DNA of 64,000 bases, from the NCBI GenBank assembly GCA_045114635.1, contig JBGUKY010000017.1, positions 4,687-68,686 on the forward strand, given 5' to 3'. The first letter of the stretch is position 1. Every line of letters begins with the position of its first letter. The translations under genes and the position numbers were made by a program. The notes under the pieces were generated by a model. That model saw only the letters and a list, made by a program, of their open reading frames with translations, did not search any database and had not been told where the DNA came from. Below are positions 18,971 to 27,335 of the stretch, one piece after another. The stretch comes from Candidatus Enterousia sp. (GTDB taxonomy: Bacteria > Pseudomonadota > Alphaproteobacteria > Rs-D84).

Positions 18971-19095
18971 ATTGACCCCTTTATAACATCGTCCAATTAC
19001 CGCTCTAAAGAAGCCAGAAGTCAAGTTAAATAAACCAATATAAGTAAAAAGTTTTTTGTATTGCGTAAAATTTATGAAATCCATATAATGAAATT

Positions 19096-20046
19096 ATGAA
19101 TAACCCGATAGTGTCTATTATCTTACCAAACCGTAATTATTCAGACTTTATTGCTGATGCTATTAATTCTGTTCGGGCACAAACTTTGAAAGATTTTGAA
19201 TGTATAATTATAGATGATGCCAGCACAGATTGTTCGGTTAAGGTTATCAAAGATTTAATTCGTGGCGATAAGCGGTTTAAATTGGTTGAAAATACAGAAT
19301 CTGTTGGGATATCTGCAACCCGTAATATAGGTTTGGATATGGCAACCGGTGAATATATCGCTTTTTTAGATTCAGACGATTGTTATGCGGAATATTTTCT
19401 TGAAATGTTGGTGGATTTGGCACGCAAAGAAAATGTAGATATAGCCGGGGCAACTGCACAAATGGTTAATGCGTATTTTGAATTCAAGCCATCTGGTAAG
19501 CAATGGAATAATAACGATACAATATTTTATGATAACCCGATAGATATGGAAGCTGCACCACAAAACCGTAAATGGATTTGGATATGGCGCAGAATATATA
19601 AGCGTGAGTTATTAAAAGATGTTCGTTTTCGTGAAGAAATGAAAGTGAACGGTGACGATATTACATTTATGTTAGATGTGATTTGGCGGGTTAACCGTGT
19701 AGCAGAATCAAATATGGTTGGCGTTTATCACCGTATACATCCATTATCTATAACATCAGACTATCAAAATTTTAATCTGGAACGCGTCAAAATGTTTCCA
19801 AGATTGTTTAAATATATGCGTGAAAATTTGTTGGACAAATATGAAGAAGATTTTCTGCGCATATTATATAAAAATCTGTTTGGATATATGTTGAATGAAT
19901 GCCTGATTAAAAAGAATTTGAATTTAACAGAACAAAACGAACAAGATTTGCGCGAATTATTATCAGAATCTTGCCAGTTAATAAAAATCGAATATTTACC
20001 AGAAACACATCGTGAATTATGTGAGTTTTTGTCATGGATGAAGTAA
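19096..20046 (+). CDS. Family 2 glycosyltransferase
   Basis: VSIILPNRNYSDFIADAINSVRAQTLKDFECIIIDDASTD and the FLDSDD motif. Confidence 0.85.
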   Translation: MNNPIVSIILPNRNYSDFIADAINSVRAQTLKDFECIIIDDASTDCSVKVIKDLIRGDKRFKLVENTESVGISATRNIGLDMATGEYIAFLDSDDCYAEYFLEMLVDLARKENVDIAGATAQMVNAYFEFKPSGKQWNNNDTIFYDNPIDMEAAPQNRKWIWIWRRIYKRELLKDVRFREEMKVNGDDITFMLDVIWRVNRVAESNMVGVYHRIHPLSITSDYQNFNLERVKMFPRLFKYMRENLLDKYEEDFLRILYKNLFGYMLNECLIKKNLNLTEQNEQDLRELLSESCQLIKIEYLPETHRELCEFLSWMK

Positions 20047-20972
20047 AAATATTATATTGTTTTGATTCTAAATTTTGGCGAATGGCGGCTGTATCCATGG
20101 AATCTGTGTTGGCAACTGCACAGGATTCAACAAAAATAACAGTATATTGTATGGTTGCACCAGGAACCGAAGGTCGTGAACAAATTGAAAATATTATAAA
20201 ATCTCATACCTGCGGGGCAGGTTTAGTATGGCGTGAAATCAAACCAGAAGAAAATCCGTTTCAAAATTATGAATATTCCCGATGGAGTCCTGTGATATTT
20301 TACCGCTGTATCGCGCATAGATTTTTTAAAGATATAGATAAAATATTATATTTGGATTCTGATACTTTGATTTGTCGTGATATTGCTGAATTATATAACA
20401 CCGATATTTCTGATTATGTGTTGGGTGGTGTTCGTGATATGGCGCCGGTTAACGATAAATATCATCCCCAGGGTATATTTATTAAAAACTTTGCGGAAAA
20501 ATATCTGAATAACGGACCGTATATAAACAGTGGCGTTTTGCTGATAAATTTAAAGAAAATGGCAGAATATGAACATTTGATGTTTGAAACAAAAATACCG
20601 TTGTTTTATCCAGACCAAGATTTATTAAATGCTGCATTTGTGGGCAAAATAAAAATATTGCCATTGAAATATAATTTGGCACCGGGGATATTGGTTCCAA
20701 AAACTTTTACCCCCGAAGAAGCACACGAAGCAATGTTTGGTGGACATGTTATAATACATTGTTATTCTGTGAAACCTTTTGATTACGAACACGCACCGGA
20801 CCAGTTGTATGACATGTTTTCAAAACATGCGAAAAATATTGGAATGGAACCCGAAAAGTTTATGGAATGGGATAGGGAATATACACAAAATAAAATCAGA
20901 GACACTTTTATCCCAGAAATAAAAATCCAGGGCACCGATATATTATTCCGTGATACAAGAATTAAATTATAG
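20034..20972 (+). CDS. Family 8 glycosyltransferase (LPS glycosyltransferase-like)
   Basis: ILYLDSDTLI (DxD), NSGVLLINL, and the DQDLLN motifs typical of GT8. Confidence 0.85.
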   Translation: MDEVKILYCFDSKFWRMAAVSMESVLATAQDSTKITVYCMVAPGTEGREQIENIIKSHTCGAGLVWREIKPEENPFQNYEYSRWSPVIFYRCIAHRFFKDIDKILYLDSDTLICRDIAELYNTDISDYVLGGVRDMAPVNDKYHPQGIFIKNFAEKYLNNGPYINSGVLLINLKKMAEYEHLMFETKIPLFYPDQDLLNAAFVGKIKILPLKYNLAPGILVPKTFTPEEAHEAMFGGHVIIHCYSVKPFDYEHAPDQLYDMFSKHAKNIGMEPEKFMEWDREYTQNKIRDTFIPEIKIQGTDILFRDTRIKL

Positions 20973-20994
20973 GAATATCAGCATAAAAAAGCAT

Positions 20995-21023
20995 TTGTGC
21001 TGAGTTTCAAAATGTGATAGAAT
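20995..21023 (+). promoter_or_regulatory. Candidate sigma70-type promoter for the DGR target
   Basis: TTGTGC, then a 17-nt spacer, then TAGAAT, with TG two bases upstream of the -10. Confidence 0.3.
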
Positions 21024-21077
21024 ACACAGGTAAGGCAGAGGAAAGAAAGGAACAAAGACCGTGAAAACCGCAGAAAC

Positions 21078-21113
<36 letters not shown>

Positions 21114-21167
21114 GTAATCCTGCCTAGCAATTTTTGTGCGAACTGTTGTTCGTACTATGGATGAAAA

Positions 21168-21213
21168 ATCGACTGATGATGTTTAAAAGGCATCATTGGT
21201 CGATTTTTTTATT
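21168..21213 (+). terminator. Intrinsic-terminator-like hairpin inside the target gene leader
   Basis: ATCGACTGATGATG / CATCATTGGTCGAT 14-bp stem (2 G-U pairs), followed by TTTTTTTATTT and ending 26 nt before the ATG. Confidence 0.5.
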
Positions 21214-21238
21214 TAACAAACAACCAAAGGAAGGAAAA

Positions 21239-22537
21239 ATGAATAAAAAAATAATCTTAACCAGTTTTATCGCATTGGGCTTTGCGTGTCCAGCGATGGC
21301 GGAACCATCACATACTGATGAATTTCCGTCAAATGGTTTGATGCAAGAAGACTATACATATACAAATTCTGCCAATGAAACAAACATGGCGGGTGTATCT
21401 GGTCATAATGCCACGGTATATGCAAACGCACTTTATAGTAATGCTTCATATGCTGTTGTTGCTGGTGAATATTTGCCGGCAGACGCAGAAGTTGTTGCAA
21501 CATGTACTGCTGGTTCTTTCTGTCCGGGTGGCCAAAGTTATGGTTATAATGCAACAACAGCCCAAGGTATAACAGCGTGTTCTACAGTTGGTGATAATTC
21601 ATTTACTTTATCTGCGGCTGGTGCATCGGCAAATACAGATTGTTATAAAGCTTGTAATATAGCAAATATGGGCCAAGGTGGTTCAATTGCAGATATTCCA
21701 CACGCTGCATCATTAACAGGAAACGATTATTATGGAAACGGTACCGATACTTGTGAACCGGCAACTTGTGTAACAGGATGGCATGTTAAAGATGGTTTAA
21801 ATGTTGCAACAGAAATCGGTACTACAGCTGGTGTAAACAGTGCTTATGTAAATAATTCTGGAACATTTGGTGAAACAGATGCTAATTTCAGTTCTGGAAA
21901 TAATGGTGCGGCCTATTATGGATTAAGTACAAGTAATCATAACACGTGGGCTGTAGAATATGATGGCAAAGGTATAGTTGTTGGTCAAGGTCGTTGTTCT
22001 ACTCGTGGGGTAACAACACCATGGTATGAGACATATGATGAATCAACAGATAGTTATACAGTTCCATCTGATAACATTGTATCAAGTTTAACAGACGAAA
22101 CGGGTCAAACTGGTGCACAATATTGTTATTGTAATGTAACAGGATATAAAGCAAGCAGTAGCTCTGCTTTGCAAAGCTTGTCTTCTTCGTGGGTGTTCCG
22201 GAGCGTTTACGGCGACGCGTCGGATTGCGCTTCGGACTGCGCTTACGACTGTGCGGACAACATGCGTGACACGAGCTCGAGCAGCCTTGCGTTCCGTGGC
22301 GCGTTGCTCGGTTCTGTTGGCGCCTTGCCGGCGAGCTGTGAAGTTAATACAATTAACATTAGTTGGGATGGTGCAACCGCAGCTGCGGTCAGTGCTAATA
22401 ACGCCGCAAGCGTTACATACGGTGGCGATATCAGAACTCCTAAGTCCGCGATACATGTCAAAGGTAAAGTATTCGACGGTTGGGAATTCAGTACAACCGC
22501 ACCGGTCAGCCCGGTTACCGAACCGGTTCAACAATAA
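21239..22537 (+). CDS. DGR target protein: secreted, Cys-rich N-terminal region, C-type-lectin-like variable region, C-terminal Listeria-Bacteroides-repeat-like module
   Basis: Start at MNKKIILTSFIALGFACPAMA (GGAAGGA RBS). Contains the VR. The VR ends in ..LAFRGAL, like CLec/FGE-type VRs. The tail VTYGGDIRTPKSAIHVKGKVFDGWEF is Flg_new-like. Confidence 0.85.
   Translation: MNKKIILTSFIALGFACPAMAEPSHTDEFPSNGLMQEDYTYTNSANETNMAGVSGHNATVYANALYSNASYAVVAGEYLPADAEVVATCTAGSFCPGGQSYGYNATTAQGITACSTVGDNSFTLSAAGASANTDCYKACNIANMGQGGSIADIPHAASLTGNDYYGNGTDTCEPATCVTGWHVKDGLNVATEIGTTAGVNSAYVNNSGTFGETDANFSSGNNGAAYYGLSTSNHNTWAVEYDGKGIVVGQGRCSTRGVTTPWYETYDESTDSYTVPSDNIVSSLTDETGQTGAQYCYCNVTGYKASSSSALQSLSSSWVFRSVYGDASDCASDCAYDCADNMRDTSSSSLAFRGALLGSVGALPASCEVNTINISWDGATAAAVSANNAASVTYGGDIRTPKSAIHVKGKVFDGWEFSTTAPVSPVTEPVQQ
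22176..22325 (+). repeat. DGR variable repeat (VR)
   Basis: 150-nt match to 24087-24236. There are 15 internal mismatches and all fall at TR adenines. GC-rich relative to the flanks. Confidence 0.92.
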
Positions 22538-22548
22538 CGCGTTAAAAT

Positions 22549-22574
22549 GCCTGAACCACGAAAGTGGTTCAGGC
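22549..22574 (+). other. 11-bp GC-rich hairpin with GAAA tetraloop just after the target stop codon
   Basis: GCCTGAACCAC-GAAA-GTGGTTCAGGC with no T-tract after it. Confidence 0.6.
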
Positions 22575-22830
22575 CGTAATGCGTTCAACAAAATGCGTCA
22601 GCATTTTGTTGAAGAAAGGTTTGAAAGATATCGGGATATGTATTTTGTTTTCTCCGTTCAAGAAAAAATATCCCGATAGAGTTTTTTATGATTATGAAAC
22701 AACGATTCGTAATAATAAAAAGCTTTGATAACCAAAGCCGAATAACCAAGGAAAGAAAGGATATAGAAGAATAAATTCGAACCGAAACAATCAATAACTT
22801 CAAATTCAGTGTAGAAAAAATACTGAAAGG

Positions 22831-23436
22831 TTGTCAAGGGACGAATTAAAGGTGCGATTAAAATATACTGCATTTTTAACATTGATGTTTGCAACGGCAA
22901 AGGCTTTTGCCGGGGTGGATGGCGTTGTTATTTCAAACGAATTTCCATCCGACAAATTGATGTTGGAAAATCATGTATATAAAAATGCAGCGGTGTTTGA
23001 AAATCTTGGTGTGTATGATGGAACGGTTTATGCAATTGCCAGATACAGAGATGTTCCATCATATTGTGAGCCAGGATATTATTTACCGGAAAACACCACC
23101 GAATGTGTAATATGTGATGAAAATCATTATTGTGTTGGTGGTGAAAATGCAGTTATGTCGCCGTGTCCAGATGGATTGGTTTCACCTGTTGGAACAACGG
23201 TTGCAGATAATTGTGGTAAGATAATGCGTGTCGGTGAAGATAAGTTGTATTTAACACAAACACAACAAACCCACCCAGCATTAGCGGTAAAAATGGATGG
23301 CAAAATTTATTATGCCAAAACAACACCAGTATCAATGGGCGTAAAACCAATGAATATAAATACAACATATTCTTTGCGCACTATGATAGAAGGCACCGAA
23401 TATTCAATACACGATAATACTATTCCGGGAGAATAA
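22831..23436 (+). CDS. Secreted Cys-rich protein, paralog of the target N-terminal region (not diversified)
   Basis: NEFPSDKLMLENHVYKN and C..G.Y.P....C..C....YC.GG resemble DEFPSNGLMQEDYTYTN and C.AGSFCPGG in the target. The start is uncertain (TTG 22831 or GTG 22852). Confidence 0.55.
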   Translation: MSRDELKVRLKYTAFLTLMFATAKAFAGVDGVVISNEFPSDKLMLENHVYKNAAVFENLGVYDGTVYAIARYRDVPSYCEPGYYLPENTTECVICDENHYCVGGENAVMSPCPDGLVSPVGTTVADNCGKIMRVGEDKLYLTQTQQTHPALAVKMDGKIYYAKTTPVSMGVKPMNINTTYSLRTMIEGTEYSIHDNTIPGE

Positions 23437-23438
23437 TA

Positions 23439-24005
23439 ATGGTTAAAAAATTGGTTTGTTTTTTATCTGTTTTGGTTATTGGTTTATCCCAAAATGCTTT
23501 TGCGGTTCCAAGTGTGAAAAAGTTGGGAAATAATAATTTAACTTCTGCAAATGTTAAGCCTGTTATAAATACATCAAACGGAAACACTGATAATAAAATA
23601 AATAACAAAGCATCAATAGCAAAGGTTGCAAAAACACCAATTGCAAAAGTAACAACAGTTTCTTCTGCGACAAATGGTCGTATCCCAGCAATAACAGGGG
23701 TTAAATCTATCAATACAAAAAAGGTACCGGTTGTTGCAAATAATGATAGCGTAAATAAACCAAACACATCTGGAGTAGGCGAAGATAAATTTAATGAAAT
23801 TGTTGAAAGAATAGAAACACTGGAAACACAAAATGAAAATGCAATAACTGATGTAGTTGAAAATGAATCTGGGACTTATGTGACGGATGTTGCGGTTGAT
23901 GGAAATAAATTAAGTGTAAATAAAACCCGCCTGTTATACGCACCGGTTCGTAACGGAAACAGTGAAGAAATATCAGGTGACGCAGAAATATGGATAGTAA
24001 AATAG
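23439..24005 (+). CDS. Secreted protein, paralog of 13961-14704
   Basis: Signal peptide ..SQNAFA then VPSVKKLGNNN. Asn/Lys-rich linker, then IVERIETLETQNENAI coiled-coil-like segment. Confidence 0.6.
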   Translation: MVKKLVCFLSVLVIGLSQNAFAVPSVKKLGNNNLTSANVKPVINTSNGNTDNKINNKASIAKVAKTPIAKVTTVSSATNGRIPAITGVKSINTKKVPVVANNDSVNKPNTSGVGEDKFNEIVERIETLETQNENAITDVVENESGTYVTDVAVDGNKLSVNKTRLLYAPVRNGNSEEISGDAEIWIVK

Positions 24006-24086
24006 GGGGATAGAAAAGATTCCTAGAATAAAATCTGGGGATAGGTTGCATTGCCGGAAATCCAGTTGGGCGTAGTACTTGTCGGT

Positions 24087-24236
24087 GCTTGTCTTCTTCG
24101 TGGGTGTTCAAGAACGATAACAACGACGCGTCGAATTGCGCTTCGAACTGCGCTAACAACTGTGCGAACAACATGCGTGACACGAACTCGAACAACCTTG
24201 CGTTCCGTGGCGCGTTGCTCGGTTCTGTTGGCTCCT
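24087..24236 (+). repeat. DGR template repeat (TR)
   Basis: Non-coding copy of the VR. In the VR frame it carries 12 AAY codons (..KNDNNDASNCASNCANNCANNMRDTNSNN..). Lies 242 nt upstream of the accessory ORF and RT. Confidence 0.92.
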
Positions 24237-24403
24237 GGTGACAAAAGTTTTGCTGACCTGTGGGACAAAGTGTACAAACACTTTTCAGATGTGAAAGAGG
24301 CATCTGTTTTATAAATTGTGCCGTTTTGTAACTAAGGCGGGGTGATGTAACCTGTTTAGATGCGATGAAAAAAAGTTGCATCTCTACGAATACATTAAGC
24401 AGG

Positions 24404-24447
24404 GAACATCTGGGTTGGTAACCGTTCGGCGAAGACCCCGGATGTTC
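24404..24447 (+). other. Stem-loop in the TR-to-accessory-gene spacer
   Basis: GAACATCTGGG / CCCGGATGTTC 11-bp stem with a 22-nt loop. The stem sequence is nearly identical to the hairpin at 14951-14981. Confidence 0.5.
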
Positions 24448-24477
24448 GATTGTTAATAAAATGGAGAGAGAAAAACC

Positions 24478-24804
24478 ATGACCATTGATGAAATCAAGCG
24501 TTTGAATACTGATGCGCTTGAAAGCTTTTCGGTGTTTGCACATGATAAATTACCAATGCCTGGAAAGAAAAAGAGATTGGATGAAATCTTGGATAAGGTT
24601 ATTTCAGTGGTCGATTTCAGAATTACCAAATCTAACAAGCGTGAAAATTCTGACTGTTTACAAATTCAATTCGTTTTGGATAATGAAGTTTATGTTTTGT
24701 TTACTGGCAGTGTGGTTTTAATTGACCAAATACAATCTGTAAAAGAAAAATTGCCCTTTAAAACAACTATTGTAAAAATTGATAAATATTATTCTTTCTC
24801 GTAA
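24478..24804 (+). CDS. Small DGR-associated accessory ORF in the avd position, not Avd-like by eye
   Basis: 108 aa with a GGAGAGAG RBS. It ends 7 nt before the RT start. Beta-rich-looking segment VVDFRITKSNKRENSDCLQIQFVLDNEVYVLFTGSVVL. Confidence 0.55.
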   Translation: MTIDEIKRLNTDALESFSVFAHDKLPMPGKKKRLDEILDKVISVVDFRITKSNKRENSDCLQIQFVLDNEVYVLFTGSVVLIDQIQSVKEKLPFKTTIVKIDKYYSFS

Positions 24805-24810
24805 AAATTT

Positions 24811-25842
24811 ATGAAACGGTATAAACATCTTTGGGATGATTTTATTTCTATGGAAAATTTGGAATTAGCTGCGAGAAAAGCAGTTAAATCTAAGAAATCA
24901 AGATGGCAATCCCGTGTCTTTGAAGCAAATAAGAAAGATTTCTTGCTTCAATTACAACAAATGTTAATTGATGGAAAATTTAATACTTCGGAATACAGAA
25001 TACGAAGAATATTTGAACCAAAAGAAAGATTGATTTATATTTTACCACTTTATCCGGACCATATTGTACATCATGCGTTAATAAATATTCTTGGACCGAT
25101 TTGGCAAAGTACTTTTATTCGTGATTCTTATGCTTGTATTCCAGGCAAAGGATTACACAAGGCATCTCATGCTATTATGCATTTTATTCGGCGTAATAAA
25201 TATGTTTTACAATGTGATATTCGTAAATTTTATCCGTCCATTAACCATGAATTTATGTTCAAAATTCTGAAAAAGAAAATTGCTGATAAAAGATTGTTGG
25301 ATGTTTTACATAATATTATTTGGTCGTGTGGTGGTGATTCTAATTTGCCAATTGGAAATCTGACTTCACAATGGATGGGCAATGTTTATTTGAATGAACT
25401 GGACCATTTTGTAAAAGAACAATTACATTGTAAAGATTATATTCGGTATTGTGATGATTTCTGTTTGTTCGCAAATGATAAAGAAATCTTGCGTGAATAT
25501 AAAAGAAAATTGGAAGTGTTTATCAATGAAAAATTAAAACTGATTTTTTCTAAGTCTGCAATATATCCAACATCTCGTGGAATCAGTTTTATTGGGTATC
25601 GTCACTTTAAGAAATTTATAATGTTGCGTAAATATGGTGCTAGTAAAATGCGAAGAAGAATTTTAAATATCGCAATTCATAATGATACTTCTGAATGGGC
25701 TGTGGGGCAATTGGCTTCGTATCGTGGTTGGGCAAAATGGTGTTGCAGTTATAATTTTCTTATTGATTTATGTACGCAAGCAAGTTTGATATCACATGAC
25801 AGTGCAAGCTTTATTTATCACAAAATATTCAAAGACGAATAG
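24811..25842 (+). CDS. DGR-type reverse transcriptase
   Basis: RT motifs: QCDIRKFYPSINH, LPIGNLTSQWMGNVYLN (the [ILV]GxxxSQ hallmark of DGR RTs), YIRYCDDFCLF (YxDD), and SFIGYR. Confidence 0.92.
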   Translation: MKRYKHLWDDFISMENLELAARKAVKSKKSRWQSRVFEANKKDFLLQLQQMLIDGKFNTSEYRIRRIFEPKERLIYILPLYPDHIVHHALINILGPIWQSTFIRDSYACIPGKGLHKASHAIMHFIRRNKYVLQCDIRKFYPSINHEFMFKILKKKIADKRLLDVLHNIIWSCGGDSNLPIGNLTSQWMGNVYLNELDHFVKEQLHCKDYIRYCDDFCLFANDKEILREYKRKLEVFINEKLKLIFSKSAIYPTSRGISFIGYRHFKKFIMLRKYGASKMRRRILNIAIHNDTSEWAVGQLASYRGWAKWCCSYNFLIDLCTQASLISHDSASFIYHKIFKDE

Positions 25843-25853
25843 TGTGATAATTG

Positions 25854-27335
25854 TTAAAACATTCCCCTGCGACCACTGATGTGTTCGTTATCAATGTAAA
25901 TAATTCCTTGTGAAAAAGCATCGCATTGGTCTTTGAATACACTTCCTGGGAATGCCAATAATTCTTTTTCAAAATCTGGCCACCATGGTCCTGCATTGTT
26001 TGGAAATAATATCGTTCCTTCGGCAATTAAAGACGTTGTTGCTTCCAATCTGCTTTCTTTATCTCGTTCTGCTTTGATTCCAACAAATGGTGGCGAACCA
26101 AATACATGTGTTGATTTATAATCTCTGCCGACTTGTTGTATAAGTTGTGTACCAGACGAAGCGTCTTCTATCAACGTTTTTACATTACAATAACCAAACT
26201 TTGTTCGTGCCATATCTTCATATTTTTTTTGAAACCCTAAAACTTTATCGTGTAATTCTGGGTATTCTAATCTTGCACGGAATACTTCCATTAAATATAC
26301 TCTGCGTTCTGATTTGTAATATTCTACCCCAAACACACAACATGCAGAATATGCGCAATTATCACCTAATTTTGACGCTGTGTCCCACGATATGTAAATG
26401 TGTATTATTTTGGGTGGCAATTCTTGGTAATAATGCATCCAATCTGATTTCACTAAACCGCCTTCCGTTGGTATAGGTTTTTGTTGGTACTGTCCTGCAA
26501 AAGAATAAGGTCCCAATGCATTGCGCAAACCATCAAGTGTTTCTGGCCCTTCACGATCTGGATGCAGTAATTCGTCTTTTTTACGTTTTATTACACGCAT
26601 TTCGCCGGTATATTTATTTGGGAAAGACCAATCTTCATCTTCTTCCGCAATCAATGGCATTCGTATAAGTTTATAACCTGCATCTAGTTCCGTTAAAAAA
26701 CCGGTAAAATCCATTAAATGTAAACGCTGCATTATTACCAATATACGACCAGTATTTTTATTATTAAGACGTGAATAAAGTGTGCTTTTATACCAATTGT
26801 TTGGTCTTGCACGCAATGTGTCAGAACGAGCTTCATCTGCCTTTAATGGATCGTCTATGATAATCCAATCACCACCTATACCTGTTAATGGTCCGCCAAC
26901 AGATGTTGCAAAACGTCCACCATTACGCGTAGTTCCAAAATCTGTCGTTGAACAATGTTTGGGATCTATTACTGTACGCGGAAACAGTTCTTTATACCAA
27001 CCGCTTGTCATAACTATTTTACAATCATTGGATAACTTTTTTACTAAGTCATCACCATAACTGACACAAATAATTCTTGTTGATGGGTCAAGACCCAACA
27101 AAAATGCTGGTAATGCAACTGAACAGATGATGGATTTCATATTACGTGGCGGAATATTTATTATCAACTTGGTGTTTTTGCCATCAATCATCTGTTCTAT
27201 TTCATTACAAATCACATCTACATGCCAATTATCCATGTATATGTCTTTACCTGAAACTGTATTAAATACTTTTATACAAAATGCTTTAAAATCAGTTCTC
27301 AGTATTGCTGGTAAGATGTTTTGATTTAAATCCAT
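25854..27335 (-). CDS. Phage terminase large subunit
   Basis: LIINIPPRNMKS Walker A-like region, WIIIDDPLKADEA Walker B, and a C-terminal nuclease region ending ..DQCDAFSQG. Confidence 0.85.
   Translation of the reverse strand: MDLNQNILPAILRTDFKAFCIKVFNTVSGKDIYMDNWHVDVICNEIEQMIDGKNTKLIINIPPRNMKSIICSVALPAFLLGLDPSTRIICVSYGDDLVKKLSNDCKIVMTSGWYKELFPRTVIDPKHCSTTDFGTTRNGGRFATSVGGPLTGIGGDWIIIDDPLKADEARSDTLRARPNNWYKSTLYSRLNNKNTGRILVIMQRLHLMDFTGFLTELDAGYKLIRMPLIAEEDEDWSFPNKYTGEMRVIKRKKDELLHPDREGPETLDGLRNALGPYSFAGQYQQKPIPTEGGLVKSDWMHYYQELPPKIIHIYISWDTASKLGDNCAYSACCVFGVEYYKSERRVYLMEVFRARLEYPELHDKVLGFQKKYEDMARTKFGYCNVKTLIEDASSGTQLIQQVGRDYKSTHVFGSPPFVGIKAERDKESRLEATTSLIAEGTILFPNNAGPWWPDFEKELLAFPGSVFKDQCDAFSQGIIYIDNEHISGRRGMF

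Noticed and set aside
21134-21238. N-terminal extension of the DGR target ORF (MCELLFVLWMKNRLMM...)
   Set aside because: The extension runs through two strong hairpins, including a terminator-like structure with a T-run. A far better start exists at 21239 (GGAAGGA RBS followed by a classic signal peptide).
22088-22591. Minus-strand ORFs (167 aa and 72 aa) and the plus-strand ORF at 22251-22679, all overlapping the VR region
   Set aside because: They lie antisense to, or out of frame with, the clearly coding target gene. They are open only because the VR is GC-rich and stop-poor. They have no RBS, and the translations are Arg/Ala-rich junk.
23791-24543. 250-aa minus-strand ORF, plus 24023-24277(-) and 24051-24314(+), spanning the TR
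   Set aside because: These are the same GC-rich stop-free artefact, and they mirror the spurious VR ORFs. The 250-aa ORF also overlaps the 3' end of 23439-24005 and the start of the accessory gene. The TR is interpreted as non-coding template RNA.
24811-25842. Possibility that the RT is a retron or group II intron RT
   Set aside because: The IGNLTSQ motif and the nearby VR/TR pair with A-specific mismatches fit a DGR. There is no msr/msd-like inverted repeat structure and no intron maturase or endonuclease domain.
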